Assembly (NCBI GenBank): GCA_963422645.2
Contig: CAXXVO010000002.1
Location: forward strand, 1-64,000
Source of the DNA: Alphaproteobacteria bacterium
GTDB lineage: Bacteria; Pseudomonadota; Alphaproteobacteria; UBA828
Direction: 5' to 3'
Length of the DNA: 64,000 nt
Below, in pieces: positions 10,941 through 21,734 of this stretch (position 1 is the first letter of the stretch; each line of letters begins with the position of its first letter). A program made the translations under genes and the position numbers. The notes under the pieces are model-generated. The model made no database searches, was not told the origin of the DNA, and was given only the letters and a program-made list of their open reading frames with translations.

Positions 10941-11605
10941 GGATCCTCGTCGGCCTCGACGGCCATGATCGCGGCCAGCACCGCCAGGCGTTCGCCCGCC
11001 GGCATGGCCTCGTAGCGCCGGCCCCAGTTGGCCGCCTTGCGCTTGATGCGCTGGCGGTCGGTGAAGTTCCGGCCCGCGTAGCTCGCCCAGTGCACCCGGT
11101 CGGGCGCGAAGTTGAACCACACGACCTCGGTTCGCACCTGGGCCTGGGTCGTCACCTGCAGCGCCAGCCGGTGCCAGCCCGCCAGCAGCTCGTCATAGAG
11201 CGCAGACGGGTGGCCCGAGACCATCACCTGGCAGGGCAGACCCTTGAGCAGTTCGAGGAGCACGACATGGTCGGCCTCCTCGTACTCGAAGCGGTAGCGC
11301 TGCGACGAACGCCGGGTCGCGTGCAGATAAGGCGGATCGCTGTAGACCAGCTCCGGGCCCAGGAACGGGAACGATGCCAGGAAAGAATGGGCGCAGCCGT
11401 GCACCAACTCCACCGGGTAGTCGCAGCCAAAAGCCTCAAGCGCCCGCCCGTCGCGGTCGATCCCGATCGAGCGCACAGCCGGCGGCTTGCGCTTCATCAG
11501 CGCCCCGCCCCCCAAGTGGCTCTCGATATAAGCAGAGTGCGGGGGCATCAGCGCAATCAGCGCCTGGCACAGACCGGTCGTCGCCTTCGATCCGAAATAC
11601 CCCAC
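10937..11605 (-). CDS. Dam-like (D12 class) N6-adenine methyltransferase, IS passenger
   Basis: 'YFGSK', 'YIESHLGGGA', catalytic DPPY. Confidence 0.85.
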   Translation of the reverse strand: MGYFGSKATTGLCQALIALMPPHSAYIESHLGGGALMKRKPPAVRSIGIDRDGRALEAFGCDYPVELVHGCAHSFLASFPFLGPELVYSDPPYLHATRRSSQRYRFEYEEADHVVLLELLKGLPCQVMVSGHPSALYDELLAGWHRLALQVTTQAQVRTEVVWFNFAPDRVHWASYAGRNFTDRQRIKRKAANWGRRYEAMPAGERLAVLAAIMAVEADEDP

Positions 11606-11787
11606 CGGCTGCTCCTCTCATACGAGAGTGCAACCCATAGGCGCGCGCGCCTATACAGTCAAGCGCCGATCAACCACGCGCTGCACCAACGGCGAAACGG
11701 TGCCGCTGGCGAACAACATCAGGACGAAGTCACGCTTGGGGTACCTGGGTAGTTACGTTTTTATTGTCGTATTTTCATTCTTTTCCC

Positions 11788-13675
11788 GTAACTGCCCAGG
11801 TCGTCTGATTTGTCATTTTGGGCCAGTGGATTGAGGCGTTTCTCGTTCGGAGTTGGTGGAAAGGGCTTGACGGGAATTTCGGGAAATGACTCAACAACGA
11901 CATGAGCAATCCCGAGTCGCCGCGCGGCCCTTCGACGGGAGCAGCGCCCGAAACGCCCGCGCAGAAGATCGCCCGCCTGGAGGAGGAGAACGCCCGGCTT
12001 CGGGAGGAAAATGCCTGGCTTCGGCAGCAGAACGCGCGGCTGGAAGAGCAAGTCGCGCGTCTCGTCGAGCGCATCGAGGAGTTGGAGCGCCGTCTCGGCC
12101 TCAACAGCGGCAACAGCGGCAAGCCGCCTTCGAGCGATGGGCTGAGGAAGCCGAATTCGAAGCGGCGAACCCGAAGCCTGCGCGGCAAATCGGGCCGCAA
12201 GCCCGGTGGCCAGCCCGGCCACAAGGGCAAGACGCTGCGCCGCGCCGATCACCCGGATCGGGTGAAGGATCACGTCCCGGCTTCCTGCAAGGGATGCGGT
12301 TCGCCGCTTTCGGACGCGGCCAGGGCGGGAACGCCCGTCGCCCGCCAGGTGTTCGATCTGCCCGAGCCGAGCCCCCTGGAGGTGACCGAGCACCGGGCGC
12401 ATGCCAAGTGCTGCGGGCATTGCGGGACGGTGACCCGGGCGGCGTTCCCCGACGGGGTGTCGGCGCCGGTGCAGTACGGCCCGCGCATTGCCGGGGTGGC
12501 GGTCTACCTTCAGCACGCTCACTTCCTGCCGGAGGATCGGCTGTCGCAGGTGATGGCCGAGCTCTTCGGCGCGCCGGTGACGGCTGCGACGTTGGCGACG
12601 ATGAGCGAGAGGGCGGCCGAGCGGCTGCGGGACGCGGCCTTGCACATACAGGACCTGGCGGCGGGCACGGCGCGGGTGAAACACATGGACGAGACCGGCT
12701 TGCGGATCGGCGGTCAGACGCAGTGGCTTCATGTGATCTGCACGCCGCTGCTGGCGGCGTACCGGGTCAGCGGCAAGCGCGGCGCCCTGCTCTCGGGTGT
12801 CTCCGGCATCGTCGTGCACGATCACTGGAAGCCGTACTTCGCGATGGAAGGGGTGGAGCACGGCCTGTGCAACGCCCATCACCTGCGGGAGTTGCAGGCG
12901 CTGGTGGACATCGAAGGGGAGGCTTGGGCCCGGCGGATGCAGCAGCTCCTGCGCCGAGCCAATCGCGCCGCCCGCATCGCGCTGGACAAGGATATCGCCG
13001 TTCCGGCGAGGCTTGTGGCGCTGATCGAGCGCCGATACGACGAGGTCATCGCCGATGCGCTGGCCTTTCACGAGAGCCAACCACCGTTCTCGCCTGGCAA
13101 GAGGAAGAAGCGCCGGAAGCGAAGGATCGGTCACAATCTGGCCTTGAGGCTGCGCGACCACAAATGCGCGGTGCTCCGGTTCCTGATCGACCTCGAGGTC
13201 GGGTTCACGAACAACGAGGCCGAGCGCGACCTTCGGATGATGAAGCTGCGCCAGAAGATCTCCGGGGGCTTCCGGTCCGCGCAGGGGGCCGAGAACTTCG
13301 CCATCCTGCGCAGCGTCATCACCACCGCCAGAAAGCAGGGCTGGAATATCATCGAAGCCCTGACCAGCCCATCGGATCGGCTCATCGCCACCGTCAAGTG
13401 CGCGTAAGCTCACCTGGCACGGGTTCTCCAACAGCGGAGCCATTCTCATAAACGATCATGGTCGACGCCGTGCTGGACCACCCCATAGAATGAAAATCGG
13501 TGCCCGTCGCGCGGGCGGACTTCGGGCCACATCGGGGTAGCTTACCGGTCGCAGTCCGCAAGAGGGGCATCGTGAGCTGTGAAACCCGGCGACCACAGAG
13601 GAGCACACGGGCGTCGCGTGGGTAGCGTTGTGCCGAATCCCAGAGAATTTTCACAGCAAGAACCTGGGCAGTTAC
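11788..13675 (+). mobile_element. Intact IS66-family element (ISBst12-like), copy 1
   Basis: Perfect 14-bp TIR GTAACTGCCCAGGT; 8-bp target duplication CTTTTCCC on both sides. Confidence 0.95.
11902..13407 (+). CDS. IS66-family transposase
   Basis: 'NSGKPPSSDG', 'GGQPGHKG', HMDETG, 'TNNEAERDLRMMK'. Confidence 0.93.
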   Translation: MSNPESPRGPSTGAAPETPAQKIARLEEENARLREENAWLRQQNARLEEQVARLVERIEELERRLGLNSGNSGKPPSSDGLRKPNSKRRTRSLRGKSGRKPGGQPGHKGKTLRRADHPDRVKDHVPASCKGCGSPLSDAARAGTPVARQVFDLPEPSPLEVTEHRAHAKCCGHCGTVTRAAFPDGVSAPVQYGPRIAGVAVYLQHAHFLPEDRLSQVMAELFGAPVTAATLATMSERAAERLRDAALHIQDLAAGTARVKHMDETGLRIGGQTQWLHVICTPLLAAYRVSGKRGALLSGVSGIVVHDHWKPYFAMEGVEHGLCNAHHLRELQALVDIEGEAWARRMQQLLRRANRAARIALDKDIAVPARLVALIERRYDEVIADALAFHESQPPFSPGKRKKRRKRRIGHNLALRLRDHKCAVLRFLIDLEVGFTNNEAERDLRMMKLRQKISGGFRSAQGAENFAILRSVITTARKQGWNIIEALTSPSDRLIATVKCA

Positions 13676-13868
13676 CTTTTCCCTTGCCAAGGTGCTTGCA
13701 TCTGCGGCGAGGGTGCGCTTTCATGGACATCCCAACGGGTTCAGTCGGTTGCGATTTGCTTCCGCATATTTTGGGGCCGTCCAGCGCAGGAGGAAAGCGT
13801 TCGGTCACGCGGTGATGGCGGCGACGCCGTCCGTGGGGATTGGACCCGGCCCATCCGAGGAGAGCGAC

Positions 13869-15050
13869 ATACCTGCCAGAGTTGCCGTCAAGCTCACCAT
13901 GCGGAGCGTGGACGCGCTGTCGAGCGAGGCGCGCGACGCGATGTTCTGGGACCGCGATCTGCCCGGCTTCGGGGTGCGCGTGTACCGCACGGGCCGCAAG
14001 GTCTACATCGTCCAGGCGCGCGGACCCAAAGGTTCGCGGCGCGCCGTGGTCGGGCGGCACGGAGACATCGACGTCCGAGGCGCGCGTCGGAAGGCGATGG
14101 TCATGATTGACCGCATCAAGCGCGGCCTCGACCCGGCGCCGGCGCCGCCCGCGCGGGAGCCCGCGGTGGCGGATCTCGCCGAGCGCTACATGACGGCGCA
14201 CGTGGAGGTGAACTGTCGTCCCAAGACAGTCGAGACGTTCGGGCGGGTCGTCAGGCACTACATCGTTCCGGAACTCGGCCATCTCGCGCTCTCGGCGGTG
14301 GACCGCTCCCACGTGTCGGCGCTGCACTACAAGATGCGGGACAAGCCGTACCAAGCCAACCAGACGGTGGGCGTTCTGGCCAGGATGTTCAAACTGGCGG
14401 AGGGCTGGGGCATGACGCCGCCACGGCGCAACCCGTGCCGCTCGGTTCGCAGATACAAGGAGCATCGGCGCGAGCGGTTTCTGACGCGCGAGGAATACCG
14501 GCGCCTGGGGCGGGTGCTGGCCGAGGCGGAGGCGGACGGATCGGTGTTCCCCTCGGCGGCGCCCGCGATTCGGCTGCTGCTTCTGACCGGCTGCCGCAGG
14601 AACGAGATCGTGACGCTCAGGTGGGACGACATCGACCGCACGGCAAGGGAGCTTCGGCTGAGCGAGGCGAAAACGGGGCCACGGCGGGTGCCGCTGACCC
14701 CGGCGGTCGAACGGGTGCTCGAACGCATCCCGCGGATCGAGGGCAACCCCTGGGTGATCACCGGGCAGAAGGAGGGGGATCACCTCAAGAACCTGGACGC
14801 GATCTGGCTGCGCCTGCGCGCGCGGGCCGGCCTGAAGGATGTGCGGCTTCATGACTGCCGCCACTCCTTCGCCTCGCGGGCGCTGGCGCTCGGCGAGGGG
14901 CTGCCGGCGATCGGCCGGCTGCTGGGCCACCGCAAGGTGACGACGGCGGCGCGCTACGCCCATCTGGAGCGCGACACGGAGAAGGCGTCGATGGCGAAGG
15001 TGGGCGGCAGCATCGGCGCCGACCTGCTGGGTGGGACGAAGGCGGCGTGA
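13869..15050 (+). CDS. Tyrosine integrase (DUF4102-type); the apparent start codon is ATA
   Basis: GAGGAG RBS followed by ATA-CCT-GCC (xPARVAVKLT); GCRRNEI, AKTG, HDCRH, LLGH, ARY. Confidence 0.88.
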   Translation: MPARVAVKLTMRSVDALSSEARDAMFWDRDLPGFGVRVYRTGRKVYIVQARGPKGSRRAVVGRHGDIDVRGARRKAMVMIDRIKRGLDPAPAPPAREPAVADLAERYMTAHVEVNCRPKTVETFGRVVRHYIVPELGHLALSAVDRSHVSALHYKMRDKPYQANQTVGVLARMFKLAEGWGMTPPRRNPCRSVRRYKEHRRERFLTREEYRRLGRVLAEAEADGSVFPSAAPAIRLLLLTGCRRNEIVTLRWDDIDRTARELRLSEAKTGPRRVPLTPAVERVLERIPRIEGNPWVITGQKEGDHLKNLDAIWLRLRARAGLKDVRLHDCRHSFASRALALGEGLPAIGRLLGHRKVTTAARYAHLERDTEKASMAKVGGSIGADLLGGTKAA

Positions 15051-15081
15051 GCGCGCGGCCGGACGGGAAGCGGAGCAAGCG

Positions 15082-16281
15082 ATGGCGGTGTTGAAGACGA
15101 GGACGATTTCGCGGCGCACGGTGGAGGCGCTGAAGGTCGAGAAGGACACGGTGTTCTGGGACCCGGAGCTGTCGGGCTTCGGGGTACGGGTCTATCCCTC
15201 GGGAAGCAAGGTCTACGTGGTGCAGACCCGGGCCGGGGGCGAGGCCGCGAAGCGGGTGACGGTGGGTCGCCACGGGGTGGTCACGGCGGAGGAGGCGCGG
15301 CGCCGGGCGGCGCTGATCGTGGCGCGCATCAAGGCGGGCGAGGACCCGGCGGCGGAGCCGCTGGCAGCGCGCCCGGTGGAGGGGCCGACGGTGGCGGAGC
15401 TTGCCCGGCGCTGGCTCGAGGAGCACGTCGCGGTACGCTGCAAGCCGAAGACGGAATCGACGTACCGGCTGATCGTGGAGAAGCACATCCAGCCGGCGCT
15501 GGGGAAGATGCCGGCGCTCGCGGTGGAGCATGCCCGGGTGACGGAGCTCCACCATCGCCTGCGCGCGACGCCGGTGATGGCGAACCAGGTGGTGGACACG
15601 CTGTCGCGGATCTACAACGCGGCCGGGGATCGGGGGCAGATCCCGGAGACCTGCAATCCGTGCCGGCTGGTGGCGAAGAACCGCGAGCGCAAGCGCGAAC
15701 GGTTCCTGACCGATGCGGAGCTGCGCCGGCTGGGGGCGGTGCTGGACGAGGCCGGGAGGCGGAAAGGGGTATCGGTCCATGCGGCGGCGGCGATCCGGCT
15801 GCTGCTGCTGACCGGCTGCCGCAAGGGCGAGATCCTGAACCTGCGGTGGGACGAGGTGGACCTGGAGGCGCGGGAGCTGCGGCTTCCGGACACCAAGGTC
15901 GGCCCGCGGACGATCGCGCTGTCACGGGAGGCGGCGGAGGTACTCGCGGCGCTTCCCCGGGTCGAGGGCAACCCGTTCGTCATTCCGGGCAAGGTCAGGG
16001 GAAGGCCCATGCGCAATCTCAACGACCCCTGGGACGAGGTGTGCCGGCGTGCCGGCCTGAAGGACGTGCGGATTCATGACTGCCGTCATTCGTTTGCATC
16101 GCGCGCGCTGGCGCTCGGCGAATCGCTGCCGATGATCGGGCGCCTGCTCGGCCATGCGCAGGTCGAGACGACCGCGCGCTACGCCCATCTGGCGAAGGAC
16201 TCGGTACACGACTCGGCGGCGCGGGTGTCGGACAGCATTGCGGCCGACATCTTTGCGAACGACCGGCCCCCGGTGCCGTAG
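15082..16281 (+). CDS. Tyrosine integrase (DUF4102-type)
   Basis: 'FWDPELSGFGVRV'; GCRKGEI, TKVG, HDCRH, LLGH, TARY. Confidence 0.92.
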   Translation: MAVLKTRTISRRTVEALKVEKDTVFWDPELSGFGVRVYPSGSKVYVVQTRAGGEAAKRVTVGRHGVVTAEEARRRAALIVARIKAGEDPAAEPLAARPVEGPTVAELARRWLEEHVAVRCKPKTESTYRLIVEKHIQPALGKMPALAVEHARVTELHHRLRATPVMANQVVDTLSRIYNAAGDRGQIPETCNPCRLVAKNRERKRERFLTDAELRRLGAVLDEAGRRKGVSVHAAAAIRLLLLTGCRKGEILNLRWDEVDLEARELRLPDTKVGPRTIALSREAAEVLAALPRVEGNPFVIPGKVRGRPMRNLNDPWDEVCRRAGLKDVRIHDCRHSFASRALALGESLPMIGRLLGHAQVETTARYAHLAKDSVHDSAARVSDSIAADIFANDRPPVP

Positions 16282-16311
16282 CGCAGGGCGGAGACGGCGG
16301 GAGGCGGCCCG

Positions 16312-16725
16312 AATGCGGCGCCGGGGCCAGCCCGACGGCTACCGCCGATGGGCGGAGAAGCACATCGCGCCGACGCTTGGGAAGCTGCCGACCGGGAGCG
16401 TGCGGCGCGAGCACATGCGCGACCTCCACTACGCGATATGGACGACGCCGGCGATGGCGAACCGGACGCTGGACCTCCTGTCGCGGATGTTCAACATGGC
16501 CGAGTCTTGGGGGTTGATGCCCGAAGGAAGCAATTTGTGCCGGCACCAGATCAAGTACCGGGAGCAGCCGCGCGAGCGGTTCCTCACCGCGGCCGAGTTC
16601 CGCCGGCTCTGGCGCGCGCTCGACGAGGCCAAGGCGGGCGGCGCCGTTCCGGTGCATGCCGCCGCGGCGATCCGCCTCCCGATGCTAACCGGTTACCGGA
16701 AGAACGAGATCCTGACGCTGCGCCA
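16312..16725 (+). pseudogene. Fragment of a fourth tyrosine integrase (core region)
   Basis: 'EKHIAPTLGKL...PAMANRTL...RERFLT...AAAAIRLPMLTGYRKNEILTLR', paralogous to its neighbours and cut by an IS end. Confidence 0.8.
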
Positions 16726-16967
16726 GCAGTCTGTCGGACTTTGGGGGATGTTCAGTTAGAATTCGTCTACGAGCAGATTCGTGGACTGCGGGCGGGACCA
16801 GGCGTTTTTGCTTCCGCCCGATCTTCGGGAGTGGATCCCGGAGGATGATCTGGCGCACTTCGTGATCGAAGTGGTTGAGCGCGTCGACATGAGCGCCTTC
16901 AAGGTGTGTCGCGGCACCGGCTCGGCGCAGTATCACCCCCGTATGATGCTGGCCCTGTTGATCTACT
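16726..16967 (+). mobile_element. IS1182-family 5' remnant truncated by IS66
   Basis: 'RDQAFLLPPDLREWIPEDDLAHFV...YHPRMMLALLIY' transposase N-terminus. Confidence 0.7.
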
Positions 16968-18513
16968 GTAAGCGGTGGCCTGACCCCATATCGGGATCGG
17001 GGTTGACTTCAGGGATATTGGAAGGGCGGCTTGAGCGCCGGCGTCAGCCGGGGTCGGTCGCGGGCTCGAAGTTCCAGGGCAGCAGTTCGTGGATCCGCGA
17101 TTGCGGATGCCCCGCGGCGATCTTCTCCAGCGTGCTCTTGAGCCAGGCGTAGGGCTCGACGCCGTTCATCTTGCAGGTCTCGATCAGCGAGGCGACGCGG
17201 CCCCACGCGGCAGCGCCTTCGTCATGGCCCGCGAACAGCGCGTTCTTCGCGGTCAGCTTCACCGGGCGAATGCGGTTCTCGACGAAGTTCGTGTCGATCT
17301 CGACGCGGCCGTCGTACAGGAACGCCAGCAGCCCGTCCCACTGGTTGGCGATGTAGGTCAGCTTCTCGCCGAGGCGCGAGCGCGGCGAGATCCGCGAGCG
17401 CTGCTCGTCGAGCCACACGCCGAAGCCGTTCACGAGCGGCGCCGATTCCGTCCAGCGGATTGCCTGGCGCGTCGCCGCCGGCTCGCCCCGGATCTTCTCC
17501 TCGATCGCATAGAGCCGCGCGATCCGTTGCAGACCGGCCTTCGCGATCGCGGACCCGCTTGAGTCGAACACCTCCTTCAGCCCGCGCCTCGCGTGCGCCC
17601 AACAGGCGGTGAGCGTCAGCGCCCCGTCCGGCCGGTCCGACCGGCGCAGCCGGTTGTACCCGGAGTAGCCGTCGATCTGCAGCGTCCCCGAAAAACCCTC
17701 GAGAAGCTTCTCGCCATGCTTGCCGCCGCGGCCGGGCGCATAGGAATAGACGACGCCCGGCGGATCCGCGCCCGACCACGGCCGCTCGTCGCGCACCATC
17801 GTCCACATGTAGCCCGTCTTCGTCCTGCCCCGGCCCGGGTCGAGAACCCGAACCGTGGTCTCGTCCATGCCCAGCTTCGCCGATGTCTTCAACGCCCTCG
17901 CCAGGCAGTCGACCACCGGCCGCAGGTGGAACGAGGCCCGGCCCACCCACGAGGCCAGCGTCGAACGGTGCAGCTCGACCCCGGAGCGCGCGTAAATCTG
18001 AGACTGCCGGTAGAGGGGAAGGTGGTCGCCGTATTTCGAGATCAGCACATGCGCCAGCAGGCCCTCGGTCGGAAGACCGCCCTCGATCAGCGACGCCGGA
18101 GCCGCAGCCTGCACCACCCCGCCGCCCTTGCACCTGTTGCAGGCATAGCGCGGGCGCACCGTCTCGATCACCAGGAACCGCGCCGGCACGATGTCGAGCC
18201 GTTCGCTGCGGTCCTCGCCGATCTTCGCCATCTCGCCGCAACCGCAAGGGCAGAGCGTGCTCGCCGGCTCGATCACCTCCACCCGGCGCTCAAGCCGGGC
18301 CGGGAACCGTGCCCCGGGGCGCGCCGCCCGCCGCCGGCGGCGGGCCTCGGCCTCCCCGCCCTGTTCGTCCGCCGCCGGCTCGCCGCCGGCTTCCGCGACC
18401 ACCGTCAAGCCAAAATCGGTCATCCCGATCCCTCCTCCAAGCCTCGTTGCCAAGGCGTAAAGTCAGACCGAAAAGAAGACCCGGCGAAAGTATGGGGCGC
18501 GCTAACCGCTTAC
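16968..18513 (-). mobile_element. Compact IS66 element with tnpC only (CDS 17044-18423)
   Basis: Imperfect TIRs GTAAGCGGTGGCCTGACCCCATA / GTAAGCGGTTAGCGCGCCCCATA; TnpC motifs 'KYGDHLPLYRQ', MDET, CWAHARR, 'IDTNFVENRIRP', 'LLPWN'. Confidence 0.88.
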
Positions 18514-18819
18514 GGTGTGGCGGGATGGCACCGAGTTCCAGTTCACGCGCGAAGACGCGATGGCGCTTCGGACGGCATAAGCGCAGCTGCACCCCATGGG
18601 CAGACAACAAGGAGAGTTGGAAAGAGCGGCGCTCGAAGGTGAGGTGGCCTCGCCTATTCGGACAGCCTGGCGGCTCGGCTAAGGTGTATTCCGGTTGAAG
18701 TTCAGGCCGCCAGAATCCCCTTGAATCGATCTTCCTGTTGCTGCTGTTGCGCCTGTGGAGATGTGGGCAAGGCGCGGAGCGGCTTGTCCATCATATCCAC
18801 AGGCGTCTCGCCTCGGTAG

Positions 18820-20243
18820 CACGCTCAGGGGCGGCCAGACCGTCTTCCACGGCATCCGGATGTGGGGGCAGCTCTTCCGGGCGGCGATGCTGTTCGCCGC
18901 CTTCACGACGGTGGCGGTGCCGGCCTGGACGCTCTGGCACCGCACGACGGGGGCGGAGTGGTACGCCGCCGGCATGGTGACGCTTGGCCGAGGTCAAGCT
19001 GACGCTGGGCTACGACCCCGGTTCCGGCCAGGAAATCCGCTTCGAAGACGGGACGCGGCGCGTCCTGCGCATCCGCGACATCGCCGCCTCGGTCCCGGCC
19101 CGCGAGGCGCGCGAACGGATCAAGTCGGAGATGTTCGCCAGCGCCGGACTCGGCGCGATGTCCGGCGCCGGGCTGATCGGGCTTTTCCTGGTGGCGTTCT
19201 GGTGGCGCGGCGCGCAGCTCGGCCGCCAGAAGCGCATCAGGGGCGCGGAGATGGTGACCGACGGGGAACTGCGCCGCCGGCTGCAATCCCCCCATGAGCG
19301 GTTCCTGGCGCGCCTGCCCGGCGGCAAGCGGTTCCGGCCCTATTCCATCGCCGGCATCCCGTATCCGGAGCGCACCGAGACCCAGCACACGATCGTCTCG
19401 GGCACCACGGGATCGGGCAAGACGGTGCTGATCTCCGACCTGGTGGCGCAGATCCGGGCCAGGGGCGAGCGCTGCGTCCTCTACGACAAGATGGGCTCCT
19501 ACACGCGATCCTTCTTCGATCCGGACCGCGACGTGTTGATGAACCCGCTCGACGCCCGTGCGCCGCGCTGGTCGCCCTTCCTCGAAGCCCGGAACCCGCG
19601 CGACTTCGACATGATGGCCGCCGCGCTCATTCCGCAGCAGAAGGACACGGTGGACCCGTTCTGGGTAACCGCCGCGCGCCAGCTCTTCTCCAACGGCGCC
19701 GGGGTGCTCCGGCAGAAGGGGGTGAAGGACAACAAGGTCCTGGTCGACCACCTGTTGAAGACCGACCTGACGGCGCTCGCCGAGGCGATGGAAGGCACGG
19801 TGGCGCAGTCCATCGTCGATCCCGACAACCCGAAGACCGCGCTCTCGGTGCGGGCCATGCTGACCGCCAACCTGTCGGCGCTGGAGTTCCTGCCGGACGA
19901 GGGCAGGCCGTTCTCGATCCGCGAGTGGATATCGGACGAGGACCGGGACGGGTTCCTGTTCCTGACCTCGCGGGGCGACCAGCACGCGTCGCTGCGCGGG
20001 CTGATCTCGACCTGGCTGGAGATCGCGGTCAACGCGATGCTGACGCTGGCCCAGGACGACGGCAGGCGCATCTGGGTGATCCTCGACGAACTGCCGACGC
20101 TGCACCAGGTGCCGTCGCTCCAGCCGGGGCTCGCTGAATCCCGCCAGTTCGGCGGCTGCTTCGTGCTCGGCGTCCAGGTCGCCTCGGCTCTGCGCGACCT
20201 CTACGGACGCAACGGCGCCGAGACGATCTCCGGCCTCTGCGGC
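18820..20243 (+). pseudogene. traD: Type IV secretion coupling protein (TraD/TrwB-like), frameshifted at ~18985 and 3'-truncated
   Basis: N-terminal TM segments, Walker A GTTGSGKT, 'VLYDKMG', Walker B 'VILDEL', 'ESRQFGG'. Confidence 0.85.
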
Positions 20244-20302
20244 ATGCGCGTACTGGAATGCCTCGCGCAGCTTCGGCTCGTGCCGGAGATTGATGACGGC
20301 GC

Positions 20303-21120
20303 TCATCGACTCCCTCCTCCGTTCGGGTCGGCTCGCCCGACCCGCCGCTCCTCTCTTCCTCCCGCGCAGCGGAACAGCGGCGCGAAGCGGGCGCGCAGCG
20401 CCGCCGCGCCGAGGTCGACCAGGTCGTCGTTGAAGTCGTTGCCGACGGGCACGATCACCGTGGCGGCGACGCCCGCCCGCGCGCAGCGCCGGGCGAGGCG
20501 CTCGGCCGCGAGCGCGCCGTCCTCGTCGTTGTCCCGCGCGATCACCAGCCGCGCGAGGCCGGGCGGAGGCGCGAACGCGCCGAGGCTGCCGGCGGAGAGC
20601 GCGGCGGCGGCCGTGATCTCCGGCACGGCGGTGACCAACGACAGCACCGTCTCGATGCCCTCCCCGACGACGAGCGCAGCATCGTCGGAGGGCGCGCCGA
20701 AGCGCACCGCGAGGCCGTGGATGCGGCCGAGCGCCTTGCGAGGCGCCGCGACGCCCGCCTTGGCGGGCGACCGCGGATCGAGCCAGGTGCGCTGCACGCC
20801 GAAGATCCGACCGCCGTCGCCGGCGGTGACGGCGGCGACCAGCGCCGGGAACCGGCGCACGGACGAGCCTTCGCGGTAGCGAAGCTCGGGATGGAAGCGC
20901 AGTGCCGCGAAGCGGCAGCGCGACAGACCCCGCGCTTGCAGATAGCGTTCGGCGTGGCTGCCGTCGACAGCGCGGCAGCGCCGCCACAGGCGGCGCGCCG
21001 CCTCGGTCGCGTCGTAGGGCGCGTCCGGAGCCCCCGGAACGTGGTCCGGGGCAGGCTCCAAGGCGAGGAAGGCCCGCGCCTCGTCGAGCGCCGCGCGCAG
21101 CGTCGGCGCGCTGGTGCGGT
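20303..21120 (-). pseudogene. Toprim-domain primase-like protein (plasmid/ICE type), N-truncated
   Basis: 'AERYLQARGL', 'GVQRTWL', 'VGEGIETVLS', 'IARDND', 'NDFND'. Confidence 0.75.
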
Positions 21121-21693
21121 ATTCGTTGAGATGGAGCGCACCCGCCGCCCGGTCGCCCAGCGCGCACTGCGCCATCACCGCCAGCATCCCGGTGCCGGCG
21201 GAGGGTTCCAGCACGATGTCGCCGGGCCGGATCGCAGCGGCCTGGAGCGCGGCGTAGGCGAGCGGCAGCGGCGTCGAGAACTGCTGGAGCCGCACCTGTT
21301 CCTCGGAGCGCCTGGTATGCGACGGCTCCAGCGCGGCGACCGCCTCCAGCATCGCCAGCATGCGGCGCGGCCCGCCGTCGCCGGCGCCGGCGTTCCGGCG
21401 CATGCCCCGGCCGTAGCGCTGGAGGAACAGCACGGCGGCGCCTTCGGCGGCTTCGTAGGCGTCCTTCCAGACCCAGCCGCCCTCGGCGTCCGACGCACCG
21501 AAGGCGCGCGTCATGGCGTCCCGGAGGGTCGCGGCATCGAGCGGCCGGCCTCCAGCACGGGCAGCAGGGCCTGGGCTGTGGCGAAGAGGGCATCGCCCGC
21601 GGACGGACGGGCCGGCGATGCAGGCGGGTCGGTGGCGAGTGCGGGAAGGGGCGGACGCGCGAGGGCGTCCGGCGCCGGGTTGGCGTCGAGCAT
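21121..21693 (-). pseudogene. N-terminal fragment of a strawberry-notch/methylase-helicase
   Basis: 'GWVWKDAYEAAE', 'RRSEEQVRLQQFSTP', 'VLEPSAGTGMLA', 'LHLNE'; frameshift at ~21545. Confidence 0.75.
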
Positions 21694-21734
21694 GGGCCGG
21701 TCTCCGTGCTGAAGGGCATCGGGCCGGCGTTGGC

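Larger units (their letters stand above)
9330..11756 (-). mobile_element. IS66-family single-transposase element carrying a DNA methyltransferase gene
   Basis: Terminal IRs GTAACTGCCCAGGT (9330) and ACCTGGGTAGTTAC (11756) enclose the MTase and tnp; no 8-bp target duplication seen. Confidence 0.8.

Noticed and set aside
18684-18803. Hairpin-rich CCTGTGG...TCCACAGG motif, also at ~37850-37900
   Set aside because: Resembles IS-associated subterminal sequence next to IS debris; no evidence for an independent ncRNA
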